Under the pieces are notes generated by a model that worked only from the letters and a program-made list of their open reading frames with translations, did no database searches and was not told the DNA's origin. A stretch of DNA of 64,000 nt from Pseudogymnoascus verrucosus (Eukaryota): the NCBI GenBank assembly GCA_001662655.1, contig KV460212.1; one strand, 5' to 3'. This document shows positions 35,199-48,340 of this stretch, piece after piece (the first letter of the stretch is position 1; each line of letters opens with the position of its first letter). Made by a program: the position numbers and the translations under genes.

Positions 35199-36576
35199 TC
35201 ACGGTATGCTGCGAGGGTGTCCGTTGTTCCTAGAATGAGACCGAAACACAGTAGAGGTAGCCCGTTTCCTGCGTAGTAGTGGGATATCGAATATTGATTC
35301 GACAGCTGGGTATGAGGTGGCAACGTAGATGATACCGTTCCAGAAGCCTTGCAGAGGGACGACCAATGCGGACAGGTAGGACAAGGTGAAATTTGGAGCT
35401 GAGTTGACGAAGTTATATATTCGGTTTGACGTTGGGGGAATCTATATTGAAGAGAAATTGTCAGCCTCTCAGTTCTATGATATGGTAGATCCAGATAAAC
35501 AGACGCACCCAAGTAACACATAGTGCAAGAAGAAACAGTATTGAAAATTTGGAATATGTCCAGATAATTCTGTTTGCGTCGAAACTTGCTCTGCGATCCT
35601 TAGCAGCTGGGTTCGCTCTACTCTGAGTGTCTCCTAATGGCCGATTGCTAGATGACATGACAGTTTCACTGCCGGTATGGACAGGGTCAGATGGGTATTC
35701 GGGCCTGTGGTTTGAAGTCATCTCTAGTCCCGGGTCGCCATGAGGGTTGGAACTGCTTGCGCCATTTTCTACAGCGAGATGACCTTCGTCCGCGATCTCG
35801 AGGTCTGTCGCCCTCGGAAAGCCAATTTCGTTCTGAGCCATAGAAGACGATTTAGCAAGGCTCTTCAGCCGTCGTCGGCTGTGGAGGATTTTTCGGCCGG
35901 CAAAGATATAAATTGTCGCAGAGAGTACGATCAAGGCCCACGCAGGGGCGAACACCATGGCTATACGTAGGAATCCCCATTCGGTGCGAACCCAGCACCA
36001 TTGCTAGTTATGAAAGTAAGTAAGGAAAGCAATCAAACAAGCCGGCCATTAGGAGGGCTCACAATCGCTGAACCATAAATCTTTCCTCTGGCCTTGGTCT
36101 TAATGAATAAGTACACGAAGGAGGGAATGAAGGGGACTCCATAGGACGCAATACAATACTTCCACTCAAGCTTTCTCAGCTCAGTAACATCGTATTTGCG
36201 AAATAGGGTCAGGTAGACATTGAAGGCCATGCAAAAGGCCCAAATCGCATCTGCTAGTATGAACCTAATCCTTTTTAGCAAGAACGCAGACATAAGATAT
36301 TACCATGAGATGCGCGAACCATTGCAGCAAAAACCCCTGAAACTGGCAAAGTGGGCCATCTACACCATGCGAGACCCCAGTTACTGATATCACAGTTGCC
36401 ACATTTGCGAAACAATTCCCCCACGAGGCGTAAAAGATGAGTCGGTTAATTGGTTTACGGAAGCGGCGACTCGAGATGAAGGTGATGATGACAAACGATG
36501 AGCTCAGCAAGGAGATAATTGAGCAGGTTCGCTCAGTAATTTCAATCGCACGAAGTTGCCGAGCGCTCAGCGACAT
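35199..36576 (-). CDS. cAMP-receptor-like G-protein-coupled receptor (7TM), 4 exons
   Basis: ERTCSIISLL..FVIITF...FRKPINRLIFYASWGN, LCQFQGFLLQW, ADAIWAFCMAFNVYLT, YGSAI.WCWV, YSKFSILFLLALCVTWV, PLQGFWNGIIY across exons. Confidence 0.88.
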
Positions 36577-36814
36577 TTATGAGGCTGGGTTTCATCGCCG
36601 ATTATCCAGTTTGTTAAACACAGGACAAAATGGCCCTTCAAGATTAATTCTCGAAGATGCAACACGTCATTAGACGGGTCGGGGCGCCACGAAGTGAGTA
36701 ACCAACCGACGGCGTGCTGCCGCCACGCGAGTCGTGTTCACGTGCCGTCGGATTTAGTGAAGGCTCTCTGTCTATAATCATAATTAAACCACGCTCTATC
36801 AATCAAACACCTCA

Positions 36815-36850
36815 TTGCTCCTACCGTTCGAATTCGAAAGGTAGGAGCAA
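36815..36850. repeat. 36-bp near-perfect palindrome just 3' of tRNA-Leu
   Basis: TTGCTCCTACCGTTCGAATTCGAAAGGTAGGAGCAA; only one mismatched pair. Confidence 0.9.
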
Positions 36851-36867
36851 AATTAAATAAAAAAAAT

Positions 36868-36959
36868 TGACAACTGAGAGATTCGAACTCTCGCTCTTTC
36901 GAACTAGTAAGTCACATAATGACCTGAAACTAGCGCCTTAACCGCTCGGCCAAGTTGCC
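36868..36959 (-). tRNA. tRNA-Leu(CAG), intron-containing
   Basis: GGCAACTTGGCCGAGCGGTTAAGGCG-CTAGT-TT-CAG-G[intron]..ACTAG, long variable arm TTCGAAAGAG, GTTCGAATC T-loop, acceptor stem pairs; oligo-T terminator follows. Confidence 0.93.
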
Positions 36960-37162
36960 TTTTTGATAAAGAATACTATACTCGAGTTGGCTCGTCTGCG
37001 GCCCTCTCATTTCATAACCAAACGTGGGTGTCAGATGCTGAACCGAGTGCACGATTTCATATCTCTCACATACATCCCATCTATCCAAACCAGTTTTCTA
37101 CACTTCCAACCTCTTCCTCTATGGAAAGTAAATAATAATAGCAAAGGCATTCATTCTGCGAA

Positions 37163-37310
37163 TCTGCACACATCCACCGCTAACATGCGCATAATCGTAG
37201 AATGCTTTAGGAATTAATAGGTAGTTAGGCCTCATCCGCTTATGCGCATTTTACATATATTAGTGCCAGAAGTGCGCAAATTCGTAAAAATGCTTCAGGT
37301 ATTAACTTTC
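37163..37310. repeat. Inverted, degenerate relative of the 32845-33300 repeat
   Basis: 37163-37194 matches the reverse complement of 33209-33240 at 25/32 positions ungapped; two further TGCGCA-containing units follow. Confidence 0.6.
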
Positions 37311-38303
37311 ACAGAATACCTCCGGTATCACCACTTTCAGCCATATACTTACTGACTATCTACGAGATAGTTAAACATAGCCCAGCAAGGAGGCGTACCC
37401 GTCGTCGTCGTTCTTCCTTGCCTTGTTAGAGCGAGGAGCTTAATATAGCACCTCCCCTCCTCCCCCTCCGCTCTTCCCGCCTCCCCTTCCATCCCATCCC
37501 AGCCGCCCTTCCGTACGAGTGTAGAATGTAGCCCCCTCATCCCCATACAACCCCAACCCCATCTTTCCACCCAACCCCTAGTCAAGCTACACGACACAAA
37601 TCCCCGAAGACCACCCGCTCGGATACATTCCACATCCGGTTCCCGTCCCTCTTAGCTTCCCGACGTATCCGGAAATAACAGAATACGTACAATGTCTCAA
37701 TCTGAAACCATGAAACAGAAACGGTAACGGCTGTGGCAATGCTAGGAGGCGCGGGGAGGGGGAGTTGCGTATGGGGGCCACGCGGCGCCGGGGGGGGGGG
37801 GGGGGNNNNATTGAAGGAGGCAAGGGGCGGGAAGGGGGGAGGGGGAGGGGGGGTGTTAGTCTTATTTGTAAGGGTTAGTTTGTTGGTTACAGTATAGCTA
37901 CTTTTTTGTAATTTGTTTCTGTAGCGGATCGAGTAATCAGGGTCCGAGTAAGTGGTTGGTGGCAAAGGACGAGGCGAGGAGCAAGATGCGTGGAGCAAGC
38001 AAGCTGCTCGCAATCAAAGGATAGGGGGAGGGAGTAATTCGTGAACTTTCTGATCATTTCTTTAATTCTTCCTTCCTTCTTCTTCCGTCTAAAGCAACCC
38101 CCAAAGCCGTAGCAAAAACCAAATACAGCCCATAAACCCAATCTCCATGCATGCAGCCCATCATCAAATCCCACATCCCACCCATCCATCCATCTATCCC
38201 ACCTATAATACACCCCCAACCAACCCCAGCGCCAACAAATGCATAACCCCCCCTTTCCCCTTTCCCCTGTAAAACAAAAACAAAAACTGTAAAAGTACAC
38301 CTC

Positions 38304-39419
38304 TCACAAACGTCCACCTCTCCCGGGACTACCCCCTTCAGTTCCGTACTCCCCGCCGTAGCTAGAGCCATCGCTCTCATCCCTAGCAGCGTTGCTCGCG
38401 CCAGCGCCGTTGGAGGTAGCGCCGCCGGAGCCGTTGGCGGTGGCTGCTGTTTCGGCGCGGGCGTTGCTGATCATGCTTGGTAGCTGGCGGCGGCGGGCGT
38501 TGATGAACCAGTTTGAGATTTGGTCTAAAAAAAGCGGTGGAGGTTAGCTTAGTTCTCACAAGTGCCGCGTAATTGGTAGTAGTTCCCGAAGACCCCCAAC
38601 CAACAACACGTAAGGGGAGAAGAAGAAAAAAGACTCACTCATCTGCAACCCCGTCCGCACCATCAAATCCTGCTTCTCATCCTCGGTCGGATACGGATGA
38701 TGTAAATGCCCCACAAACCAAGCCCTCAACTTATCCGTCGTCTCCTTCGGCAGATTCCCCCTCCTCTTCCTCCCCCCACCGCCACTCTTCCCATCTCCCA
38801 TTCCCTCCCCTCCATACCCCGTCTCCGCAACATAGTTCTGCGGCGGATACCCATTCCCATTGACACTAACCCCGAACTCCCTCCCGCGCTTCCCCGCACC
38901 ACCACCGCCGTCGTAAACCGCGTACTGCGACGGCGGAGGGTAGGGTTGGGCGTCATACCGATCCCGGCTGTATGCTTGCGGCGCGTAGTCGGCGCGAGGA
39001 TCAAATAGTCTCGGTGCGGCAGGCTCGGGGTATCCGCGGCCGGGATAGGGCATCTGGTCCGCAGCACTTGCAAAAACGGTCATAGGCGGCGGACCCGGCG
39101 GACCCCCCGGTGCACCCGTCATCGTACTCCTCGGGGACGTGCGATACGGAGTCTGCATCCCACTGCTCCCTCCCCCACTGCTCCCCCCGCGCTCTGGCTC
39201 CGGAGTGAGGAGGCGGCGTTTTTGTGCATAGGGACTCGAGGGGCGGGCGTCGACGGGGACGGGAGCGGGAGCGAGGTCGATTTCGGGGACTGCTTGGCGG
39301 ATGGGGGGGAGTTCGATGTTTTGCAGCTGTGAGCGTGGGCGGGTGGGGAGGGAGGAGAGGGCCGCGGCGAGGTGGGCGGGGGTGGGTGAGGGGGCGTGCA
39401 TGGTTATTGTTGTGGCCAT
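38304..39419 (-). CDS. TALE-class homeobox transcription factor (Cup9/Tos8-like homeodomain); intron 38525-38638
   Basis: RKRRGNLPKETTDKLRAWFVGHLHHPYPTEDEKQDLMVRTGLQM|NQISNWFINARRR with the TALE PYP loop. Confidence 0.93.
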
Positions 39420-39546
39420 GGGGGTGGTTTGTGTTCTGTGGTGCGTGCTGGGGGTGGTGGTGGTGGGTGGACGGGTGGCGGGTGCGGCGTGGTGGTTCGT
39501 GGTGAGGGCGTGGGATGTGATTGTGAGGTTGGTGAAAGGTGAAGGT

Positions 39547-39724
39547 CTGGGGATGTGGTGTTAGTTGGTGTTGTTGTGTTTAAGTTATTATGTTGGGTGA
39601 GGGAGGACGGCAGGGGAGGTTTCGTCCCAGGGCTGCCAAGGGAAATGTGACGAAGCGGTGGGCTCTTGGCGGACGTGGTCTAGAATAGAGCACTGCAGAG
39701 GGGCGAGACTGTGGACGGACATAC
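39547..39724 (-). other. Probable 5'-UTR intron of the homeobox gene
   Basis: GTATGT donor at 39724; ACTAAC branch point and CCCCAG acceptor ending at 39547, ~130 nt upstream of the ATG. Confidence 0.55.
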
Positions 39725-42700
39725 CAACTATAAATATCTCCTAAACGTGTAAGGTCGGAGACGGCAGTTTGTTTCGTCGGTATAGAAAACGGTCAAGGGC
39801 GAATATGTTCGTTCGGTTCGAAAGGTATTTGGGTTGGATATGCTGGATGCTGGATATGCGGCGGAAAGGCCGGATATTGAGGGCAAGAAGTGGAAGTTTT
39901 GGTATGAAGAGAAGTAGACGATATATCGAACAGTGCTTGCGTGCTTTCAGTAAAGAAGTGCAGGAACAATGTAGGTATGTCGAATGGTAGAAGAGGAAGT
40001 AGGTCAAGAGAGAACAACGAGATGCAGGCAAGAGCAGAAAGTCAAGATGTCAATCAGTCGGGTAGTAGATATCAGAGAGAGAGAGATAGAGAGGGAGGAG
40101 GGAGGCGAGATGAGAGAGACAAGAGAGGCAAAGTAGTAGAGTAGTAGTAGAGTAGTAGTAGAGTAAGTGGAGTAGTGGAGAAGGTAGTAGTTTAAGGTCA
40201 AGTCAGTTTAGCAAAGGGAGGGCGGAACCAAGACAAGGACTACGAGACGGGCATGGCACTTCATGCAACGCAACCCACCACATTGAGAAGAAGGGCGAAG
40301 GGCGGAAGGGCGACTAAGCCATTATTTCGTACATTACAGTTAAGAGTGACTATAGTACTATAGTACTCGTACCGAAGTACATGAATGACGCCTCGACGGG
40401 GCCTTCAACGGGGGCTCGCGAGTCAATGACCCTTACTAAGAACAGAGGGGACTAGTAGGGTATATAGTAGGGTATGTAGGGTAGTAGAGGCAGAGTAGTA
40501 ATAGAGTAAAGTAAGTAGATTTACAGTAGTAGTAGATTACAGTCGTGTGGAGTAGTAGTGTAGTAGTCTTAGTCTCCCTATTCCCCTGCCCTGCCCTTTT
40601 CGTTAGAGTGTTAGAGTAGAGTGTTAGAGTGACTATGGGCTATTCTTACCACTATATCCCTACTAAACCTAACCGTCCGTAACAAGTTTGTGGTGTGTGT
40701 GTGTGTGGTGACTATGTTCTATAGTGTGTGTACCCCAGGGTGTGTTCTAGCGGCGTGTCGAAAAAAGAAGGTTCAGCTACGTACCCACGCACGCACGCCG
40801 CCAGATGGCTTGGCAGGAAGGTTTTTCTCTCCGAGCCGGCGAACCCGGGTTCTTGGGGTGTAATGGTACATTGCATATTTAGGGAAGGAAGGAAAGGGAA
40901 GAGTAGAGTAGAGTAAGGATAGAGGAATAGGGTAGTAGGGTAATAGGGTAGTACAGTAACGGTAATAATGTAGGAGTACAAATTTAACAGTTTTTTGCAG
41001 GTTAAGAGTGGGTGAGTTGAGTGGTGGTTGATGGTTGGAGAGTGGAGAGTGGAGAGTGGAGAGTGGACAGGCAAGTTGGGTGAGGAAGTGGGTGAGATGT
41101 GTGATGGATGATGGATGATGGGTGGATTAGTGGTGGATGAGTAATGCCAGGCTGACAAGTGGAGGTACCAGTACCAAGAGGGTACCGACAGCAGATGGTG
41201 GATTATGGAAATAGTGCAAAGTGGATAAAGTGGCACAGTACCAGTCAGTCATCCAGCGTCAGCAGTCAGACGCAGAAGTTGGGAGGTGGCAGTTGAATTG
41301 TGGATCCAGAAAGCCATTTCTTAGGGCAAAGGGGAGAACACCGAGGGCAAGGAAAGGGCGCATCATCGATGGACCAAGGGCGCACTTTGTGTGCGGGTGC
41401 TGGTATCCCCTAAGTCCCTCAAGTATCCCAGTACTCCCGTCTAAGACACGCGCTAATCGCCCTATCTCGGCGGCGGCGGAAAGCAGCTCAAGGGAGGGAG
41501 CAGAAAGGTACCGGTACGCTCGGTGCTAGTGGACCCTCGCGGTGATGGGCGAAGTTACTTATTTGCTAGCGTGCTGGGGGTACTTTGGTTAGTTTGAGTA
41601 GATGGAGAGAGGATGGGAGAGGAGCAGATGAGGTGAGGAGATGAAGCAGAGATGAGATGAGTAAACCGGATAGCCCGGATTTTAGTAGGCAGTGCAGGTG
41701 CGTTTGTATGGGCGGAGAGGATTTTGTGCTAGATGTGCGTGCGTGTGAATGGATGTTGTGTGTGTGATGTGCTTCATTATACGCTCTGCACCTGCTTTAT
41801 ACTGTGCAATTCCCGTCTTCCACCCTCACCTCCCACCCTCAACACACCTCCTTCCCCATCCATCCCCCATCCCTCCGATTACGGACAACATCTCGATCAT
41901 CCACGCACATCATCTACGCACATCAAACACTCTCATTATCTACTATACTGCTACTGCTCTTGTATCGAGTATTCTTAGCCGTCCCTCACATCTCTCCCTC
42001 TCCCTTCCCCAAACCCCCGGGCCGCGACAGACAAGACAAGACAAAAGGTCTCACTAACCCCATCCAGCCCGCCGCGCTGTTTCTGTCTCAGATACTCATC
42101 ACCCGCCCTCCCTCTCCCGCCCCATAAGTACCTACCTACCTACCTCCTCCACCTACACTACACTACACACCAGCAACGGAGATGACATGCTCCACGACGA
42201 TGACGACCATATCCAGGCGCAGTTACTCGTGCGGAGATGAACGATGGGGATGGACTAGATTAGATGATGGCAGATTTCGATGTACGAGCGAGCGGGCGGG
42301 CTGGCTGGCATGCGCATATCTTGGCCTCGTATGTGCGGACGGACGGGGGGGGGGGGTTGGCTATTTTAACTTGACACGCTGACACCTCCCTGGTCGGTCG
42401 TCTATCGTGCTTCGGCAAGCATCATCAGCGTGCAGGAGGTAAGTGCATCCCCCCATCCCGCAATCTGATTGTGCGCCGTGGCGTACGTACTACTGCTGGC
42501 ACTACTAACACTACTGGCACTACTGATTGATTGATGGGCGCTACTGGTCTTTTATTGATGTGGAAGACTGACTTGCTTGTGCTTTGAGTACTGGTCTTTT
42601 ATTGAAGTCAGTCTGATGAGCAGTGGCCTACTTGCTACTCTACTATCTTCTCCTCTCCTGCACGTCTAGATTACAAAGTAAGCATAAGCAGACTAACCCC

Positions 42701-45700
42701 CCATCCAGCACACCCCTCCGATGCCAATCCCAGCTGCCAATGTTGATGTGAAGGCTGTGATGTGCGTCTAATGCAGAAAACAGAAAAACGATGCCCATTA
42801 TTGCTCCATACATACATACAGGACTTACTTACTGTCTGTCTACGGCATCATCCCACCTTTCAACCTCCACTTCCCAACCGCCCATCATCCCTCTTGGCTG
42901 CACAATGACAACAAGTACAGCTACAACCAGTACATCCAGTACATGGCAACCTCCGCCATCCCCTGCACCCTTCCCACCCTCGTCAACCCCCCTCGCCTCC
43001 CAAACCCCCCCGGTCGATCCCCGATCCGCCGCCTGTCAACATCGTGCAGCCCGTGCATCCGTGCGTCGTGTCGTCCGTCCCTCCCTCACACCAAAACCAT
43101 ACGCGCGTCCCGTCCCAGCGCACGAATTATTATTCCCGAACATTCCCCTTCGAGCCGGTGTCGCCCCTCTTCTTCTCCACTTACTGTACTAACTAATCCA
43201 CTTACCACCACTTCAACTGACATACCCCTGTCCTGTCCATACCCATCAATCCATGTCCTTTTGCCCTACCAAGCAACAGATATATACTGTGTGCGGAGTA
43301 CTGTACAATAATACCAGAATTTACGAGTGCGGGACAGACAACCTCGTACGGGTGGAACCTCGTACAAAAAGTACGTATCTTCTCAATCTGAAGGGACCCA
43401 CCCATCTCATCTCCACACCTTCGCGCGGAACATTCCTCATGACTCCCCCCCTCACCACTCCCCACCGCCACCCATCCACATGCACCTTCACCACTACAGA
43501 ACCACCAACCACCCACCCCGTCCCCCCCGCCCAGCCCAGCCAAGCCTTCACGTCAGCGTCACGACAGGGCCCCGCGGTCTAGCCTCACCACGCCTGCGCA
43601 GGGCCCTAGCAAGCCCAGCCCTGACTGACGGACGCCACTGACCGGCATAAAAAACCGTTAATGCATGCATCCGGACGACTTGTGCAGTTGTGCAGGCATC
43701 TGGTGAAAATCCTCGGCTTGTTCGGCGAATTCACACGTTTGGTGGCGGGGCCAGTCAGCAAGGTGATGTGTGTGTGTACCTGGCTGGTGGCTTTCCGTTG
43801 CTGAGCTGGAAGTATGTACGTCTCCTCCCTTCCTCCACTTCACCCTACTACTGCGAGATCGTGGAAAGAGTGGGAAGAGGGTGAGCAAGTTTCCCCTCCA
43901 AGGGAAGGGATGCGACTCGTCGAGCCCGGAAAGTCAAGGCAAACTAAACGCAAGCCGCTCGCTCGCTGCGGATGTGCGGTGGGCGACAGATGGACAGTCA
44001 GCCAGCCAGGACAAACAAGAAAAAAAAAGGCCCGCGAGCACTGCCAGGGCATGGCATGGCATGGCACACGACGCACGTCGCTACGATGGGGTAATTGCTC
44101 CGGGCTCACGTCCATCTTTCACAGCCAGCCCAGCAAGCCCAGCCAGGCGGAGCTGTCAGTCGCTGTCAGATCATGCAGTCGAGCAAGCAGGCTGGCTGAC
44201 ACAGGGAGGAGATGGACCTAAATATATCCCCATCCGCATCTTTCCCCTCCCCCTTTCTCGGACAGCTTCCGTGCCAAGCTTCACTCCTGACCGTGCTCAC
44301 CTCACCTGAACGTCACCTGAACTGGAACTGGAACAGAAGCAAACTCAAAACATGATCTCGAACTGGATCGGCGAACACACACACACTCTGTCCTCTTCAC
44401 ACCTCGTCCATCCATCCCTCATCCCTGCCCACTCAACTTTTTTGCAAGTCATGTACATTACAGTACGTACCCTCCCCCCCTCCCCCCCCCCGGTCCCCAC
44501 CCACATGCACACCAGATCCATCCCCTCCAGCACAGCCGCACGCCAGATCGCCGTCCCACCCGCCGCCAGAAGCTTGCGTAACACGCGCTATCCCCCTCTT
44601 GCGTCCGCGAGCCGTTGCCTGTCACATCCATCCCCTTCCACACACACATCTGCACGGTACCGGCACTCGGCACCGCCAAGGGATTTTGGCACCAGTCCGG
44701 TATTTTTTCGCGTCCGTCCGCCCCGCTCCCCTCCTCACATTATTGAAATTCCTTTCTGTTTTGGCGCTCCCTGTGCCGCGAATCCAGAACTGGTCTTGTT
44801 CTGGTTCCAGAAGTCAGGTAAGGCCGCCCCATCCAACCCGCTATGAAAAAACGTGGCCAGATTGCCCCGTCCCATACCAAGCCCAGCTACGTACTGTAGC
44901 CCAGCTAGCTTCTTTCCTCCCTCTCCCTCACCACGAACTTCACCAGGAACAGGACAAACCCGACCCAACTGCCAATACCGCCAAGTCCTGCCACGGATAT
45001 TAGCTTAACGCCGCCCCCCCGCCGATCGGGCGGTGCAGCCGATCCTCTTCTGGTTCCTGTCGCTCCCCTTCCGCATCTGGTCGTTGGGGCGGACACGAAG
45101 GGAGCTGGGTGCTGGGTGAGCAGAATAGACAAGAGACAAGAGTGGAGGTAGGGTACATCAATCACACACCTACCCACCCATCTGCAAACTCCGCCACCCC
45201 ATCCAACGTCACCCCGCCGATCCCGTCTCGTTTCACCTGCAATCTGCAACCCCCTGTCCGCACACCCCTTGTTCGTTTCGAAACACTGTGGGAAGGGGAA
45301 GGAAAAGTTAGTTTTTTTGTGCTTGTGTATACGTACATAACTTGCTCACGCACACGCATTATTTTTTGTTGCTGATGCACTACTACTGTACTGTATATGC
45401 GTATGCTTCGTTTCACCGCTCTCGAAACGGGGCGAGGGGGGTTACGAACGAGACGTACAAGTATGTGGCTGCAACGCCGCTGATCCCGCTATCCACACCT
45501 CGAGACAACCTCGGCTCGCTCACCCCCCTCGACGATCGACGCCAATATGGGACTCGTACTGTGCAGCAGGCGGACGGGCTGTAGCCGTGCGTGCAGGCGG
45601 TAAGTTACAGGATATGACCAGGGCAGGATATGACCAGGGCAAGCAGCAGCGGCAGCGGATAGGCGGGGGGGCCAAAGCAAACAAGATTGAGAGATAGCTC

Positions 45701-48023
45701 AGATCTGTCGTTCGTGTCAGGTGTACTGTACTGCTGTCTGTAGGCGATGTGGATTTTTTGTGGCGTAAATCAGAAAAACTTGGCATGCATGTATGTATGC
45801 ATGTTTGTATGTCTGCGTGTCACAAATCTCAATCGAAAATTCGAGATTCGAAAAGGGCTGAGAAAGAGAGGAGAGAGGAGGGGGAATCGAATCCCCTGAC
45901 CTCCCTGACCTCCCCGAACGCCCCTTCCCCTCCAATCCTCTCTAGAGGTTTATCTGCACTCTACGATACTCTATTCTCCATTCTTCTCCCATTCTTCTCC
46001 CACCCCATCCCACCGCTCCATCACCGTCACCTACTCCTCCTCCCTCCCTCCCCCAAGATCCGCGCTCGCCTACACACTCTGTAACGCGCATGCAACACCC
46101 ACCTACCGCTCTCTCGCTCCCCTACACAACGAGCTGCCAGATCAGAGAAAGCAAGCACACGTAGCACCGCATAACATGAGGTGCATAAAGTCTCGTCTCG
46201 TCCCCCGCCCCGAACCCACCCCGCGGCGTCCGCGGTGCCGTGGTGAGAGCGAGATGCACGCACGCACGCACGCACGCACGGCATCGATGTATGTGGTGTC
46301 ACAGCGCCAGATCAGTCGGTCCTACCATCTATCTATCTATATAGCAACGCGTCTTCTACTGGGGAGGGTGCACCATCTACTGGTTCTTGTGGCACCTACC
46401 TACCTGTCTACCAACATGCCTTCTCTACCTGCCATATACAGTTCCCTTCCCGCTCAAAAACCTCTCTTCCTGTGAAAGACAAGAGAAGCTATGACGTAAA
46501 TCACGTGTCCACACCTTCTCCCTTCCAACTCCACTTCCTTCTCCCGTACCCACCCCACAGCATAAGAAGGAAGTCTCGGAAAGGGTGTGTGTGTTCTACA
46601 AGTGGAGCTGGGCAACAATGCGCGAAACCCTCTCCACTGCTAGATATCCACCTGCCTGTCTGATCTTGTCACCTTCATTCTGTCTCGGCAGCCGACCCCG
46701 CCGGGCGGAGATTTGGGTCTTGGTTCTGGGAGTGAGTGATAGTTTCTCACCACTACCTTTCTCGGCGCTCGGCGGAGGAGGCGGCCCCCACTCCCAGCGC
46801 CGAGCAGAGGGAGAGTGGGAAAGACAGGAGAGGGGAGTGGGGGCGCAAAAATACTGAGAGAGAGGGAGGGAGAGAGGAAAGAGAGGGAGTTGAAAATCTC
46901 TGTGACGTTCGCAGTGGGGCGTGCCTTGTTGACACGGTGGGGTCTTGGGCATGGATGGGTGGTTTGTCGGGTCTGTCAGTTCTGTTACTTGCCGTGATTT
47001 TTTGCCACCCGCTAGTGTTATCCATTATTGCCTCTCTCTGCCAAAGAAAAGTAAGTATCTCTGTTCTGTGCTGGTTGGTGAGGACCCATCGGTCGGTCGG
47101 TCGAAGGTGATGGGTACGGATCCGCACCACGGAGACCCGGCTGGAGGGGGGGGAGTGAGCTGATGGGGATCTACGGGAGGGATGACCGGTATACCCAACC
47201 AACCATGCTTTTGATATGACATTACTATTCCAACCGACCTGTCCTGTCCTGTCATCAAATATCGATATGCCGAGGACCCGGCAGTTGAGAGAGCGTGGCG
47301 ATATCCCCACTGCGCCGTGGTTGAGCATTCTTACAGTAGCCCCCGCCGTGGCCTGGTTGGCAGAGTGGGTGGCTATACGGCGCTGTGTCAGGTTTGGGTG
47401 AGTGAACTGTGGATGATGGTCGTGGAACCGGGAAGTGAGGTACGTTGGATGGCAGATCCGAGGGGCCGTCAGAAAGGTGGTGTTTGGGAAAAAGTGGCGA
47501 CGACGCGCAAGTCAGACTTCGGTTGAGATGTGTTTCGTGTCTCCTCCCACCTTCACCTCCCTCCTACACTCCGGTTCTGACTGCCGCTATCCTTCACATG
47601 AAGGTTTGCTCGGGTCGCCATCTGAAACGGTGGGCGGAGGGAATATTGGGAAAAAGCTTGATTGTGGCGATCGCAGGTTACGGGTATCAAATCAGAGGGA
47701 ATCAAAATCTCACTTGTCAGCCCGAAAGAGTAAGGAAGTGAACGTTAGGTCCCTCTACTCCGTAGTTTAGTCGTAAAGGAGTTAGTTAGAAAAACTCCAG
47801 TCCGCCGGCCGGGCGGCAGGAGCGACATGGAAACGGGCTGTGAGTGTACCAGTACTTACGACGTCATCACATTCCCCGCTATCCCGCACAAAAAATGTTT
47901 CTCAAAAAAATAGTTTCCCAACGACACTATTTGAAATGATCAACGATGAGATGGAGAACTGATTGGTGGAGAAGACAGAGGGTTTCATATACCCAACTAA
48001 TCGCGATCCCCTTACTTCAACCC

Positions 48024-48120
48024 GCTGTGTTGCCAGAGTGGTTAATGGGTAAGACTTGAATTTCTATAATTTGGTTATCTTATGGTTTCGGCCTCGTAGG
48101 TTCAAATCCTGCACACAGCG
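48024..48120 (+). tRNA. tRNA-Ser(UGA), intron-containing
   Basis: GCTGTGT acceptor stem, TGCCAGAGTGGTTAATGG D-arm, TAAGA-CT-TGA-A[intron]ATCTTA, variable arm GGTTTCGGCC, GGTTCAAATCC; T-run terminator. Confidence 0.92.
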
Positions 48121-48340
48121 CATAACTTTTTTTTTGGCGCCCTCAGAGTTGGAGAGGGGAGGAGGGCTCGCTTAGGGTGTAAGCGATCGTACTTTTTTAT
48201 AGTTACTGAGTTGTTGCCTGTGATAGGAGGGTTTGGTTTTTATATTTTGAATTACTTTAGAGGCTGTGCGAGTCTCTGCTCTCGAGGGCTTTTGAGGGAG
48301 AGCTCGCTTGTCGGGGCGACTGTAACTGATAGGTTTACAG

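Noticed and set aside
36868..36959. Reading the tRNA anticodon as TCA (selenocysteine/opal suppressor)
   Set aside because: Stem CTAGT/ACTAG places TT at 32-33 and CAG at 34-36; it is an ordinary Leu tRNA with a 7-bp acceptor stem.
39700..47800. Dozens of 60-190-aa ORFs
   Set aside because: Low-complexity, overlapping on both strands, no motifs; expected by chance in GC-rich simple sequence.
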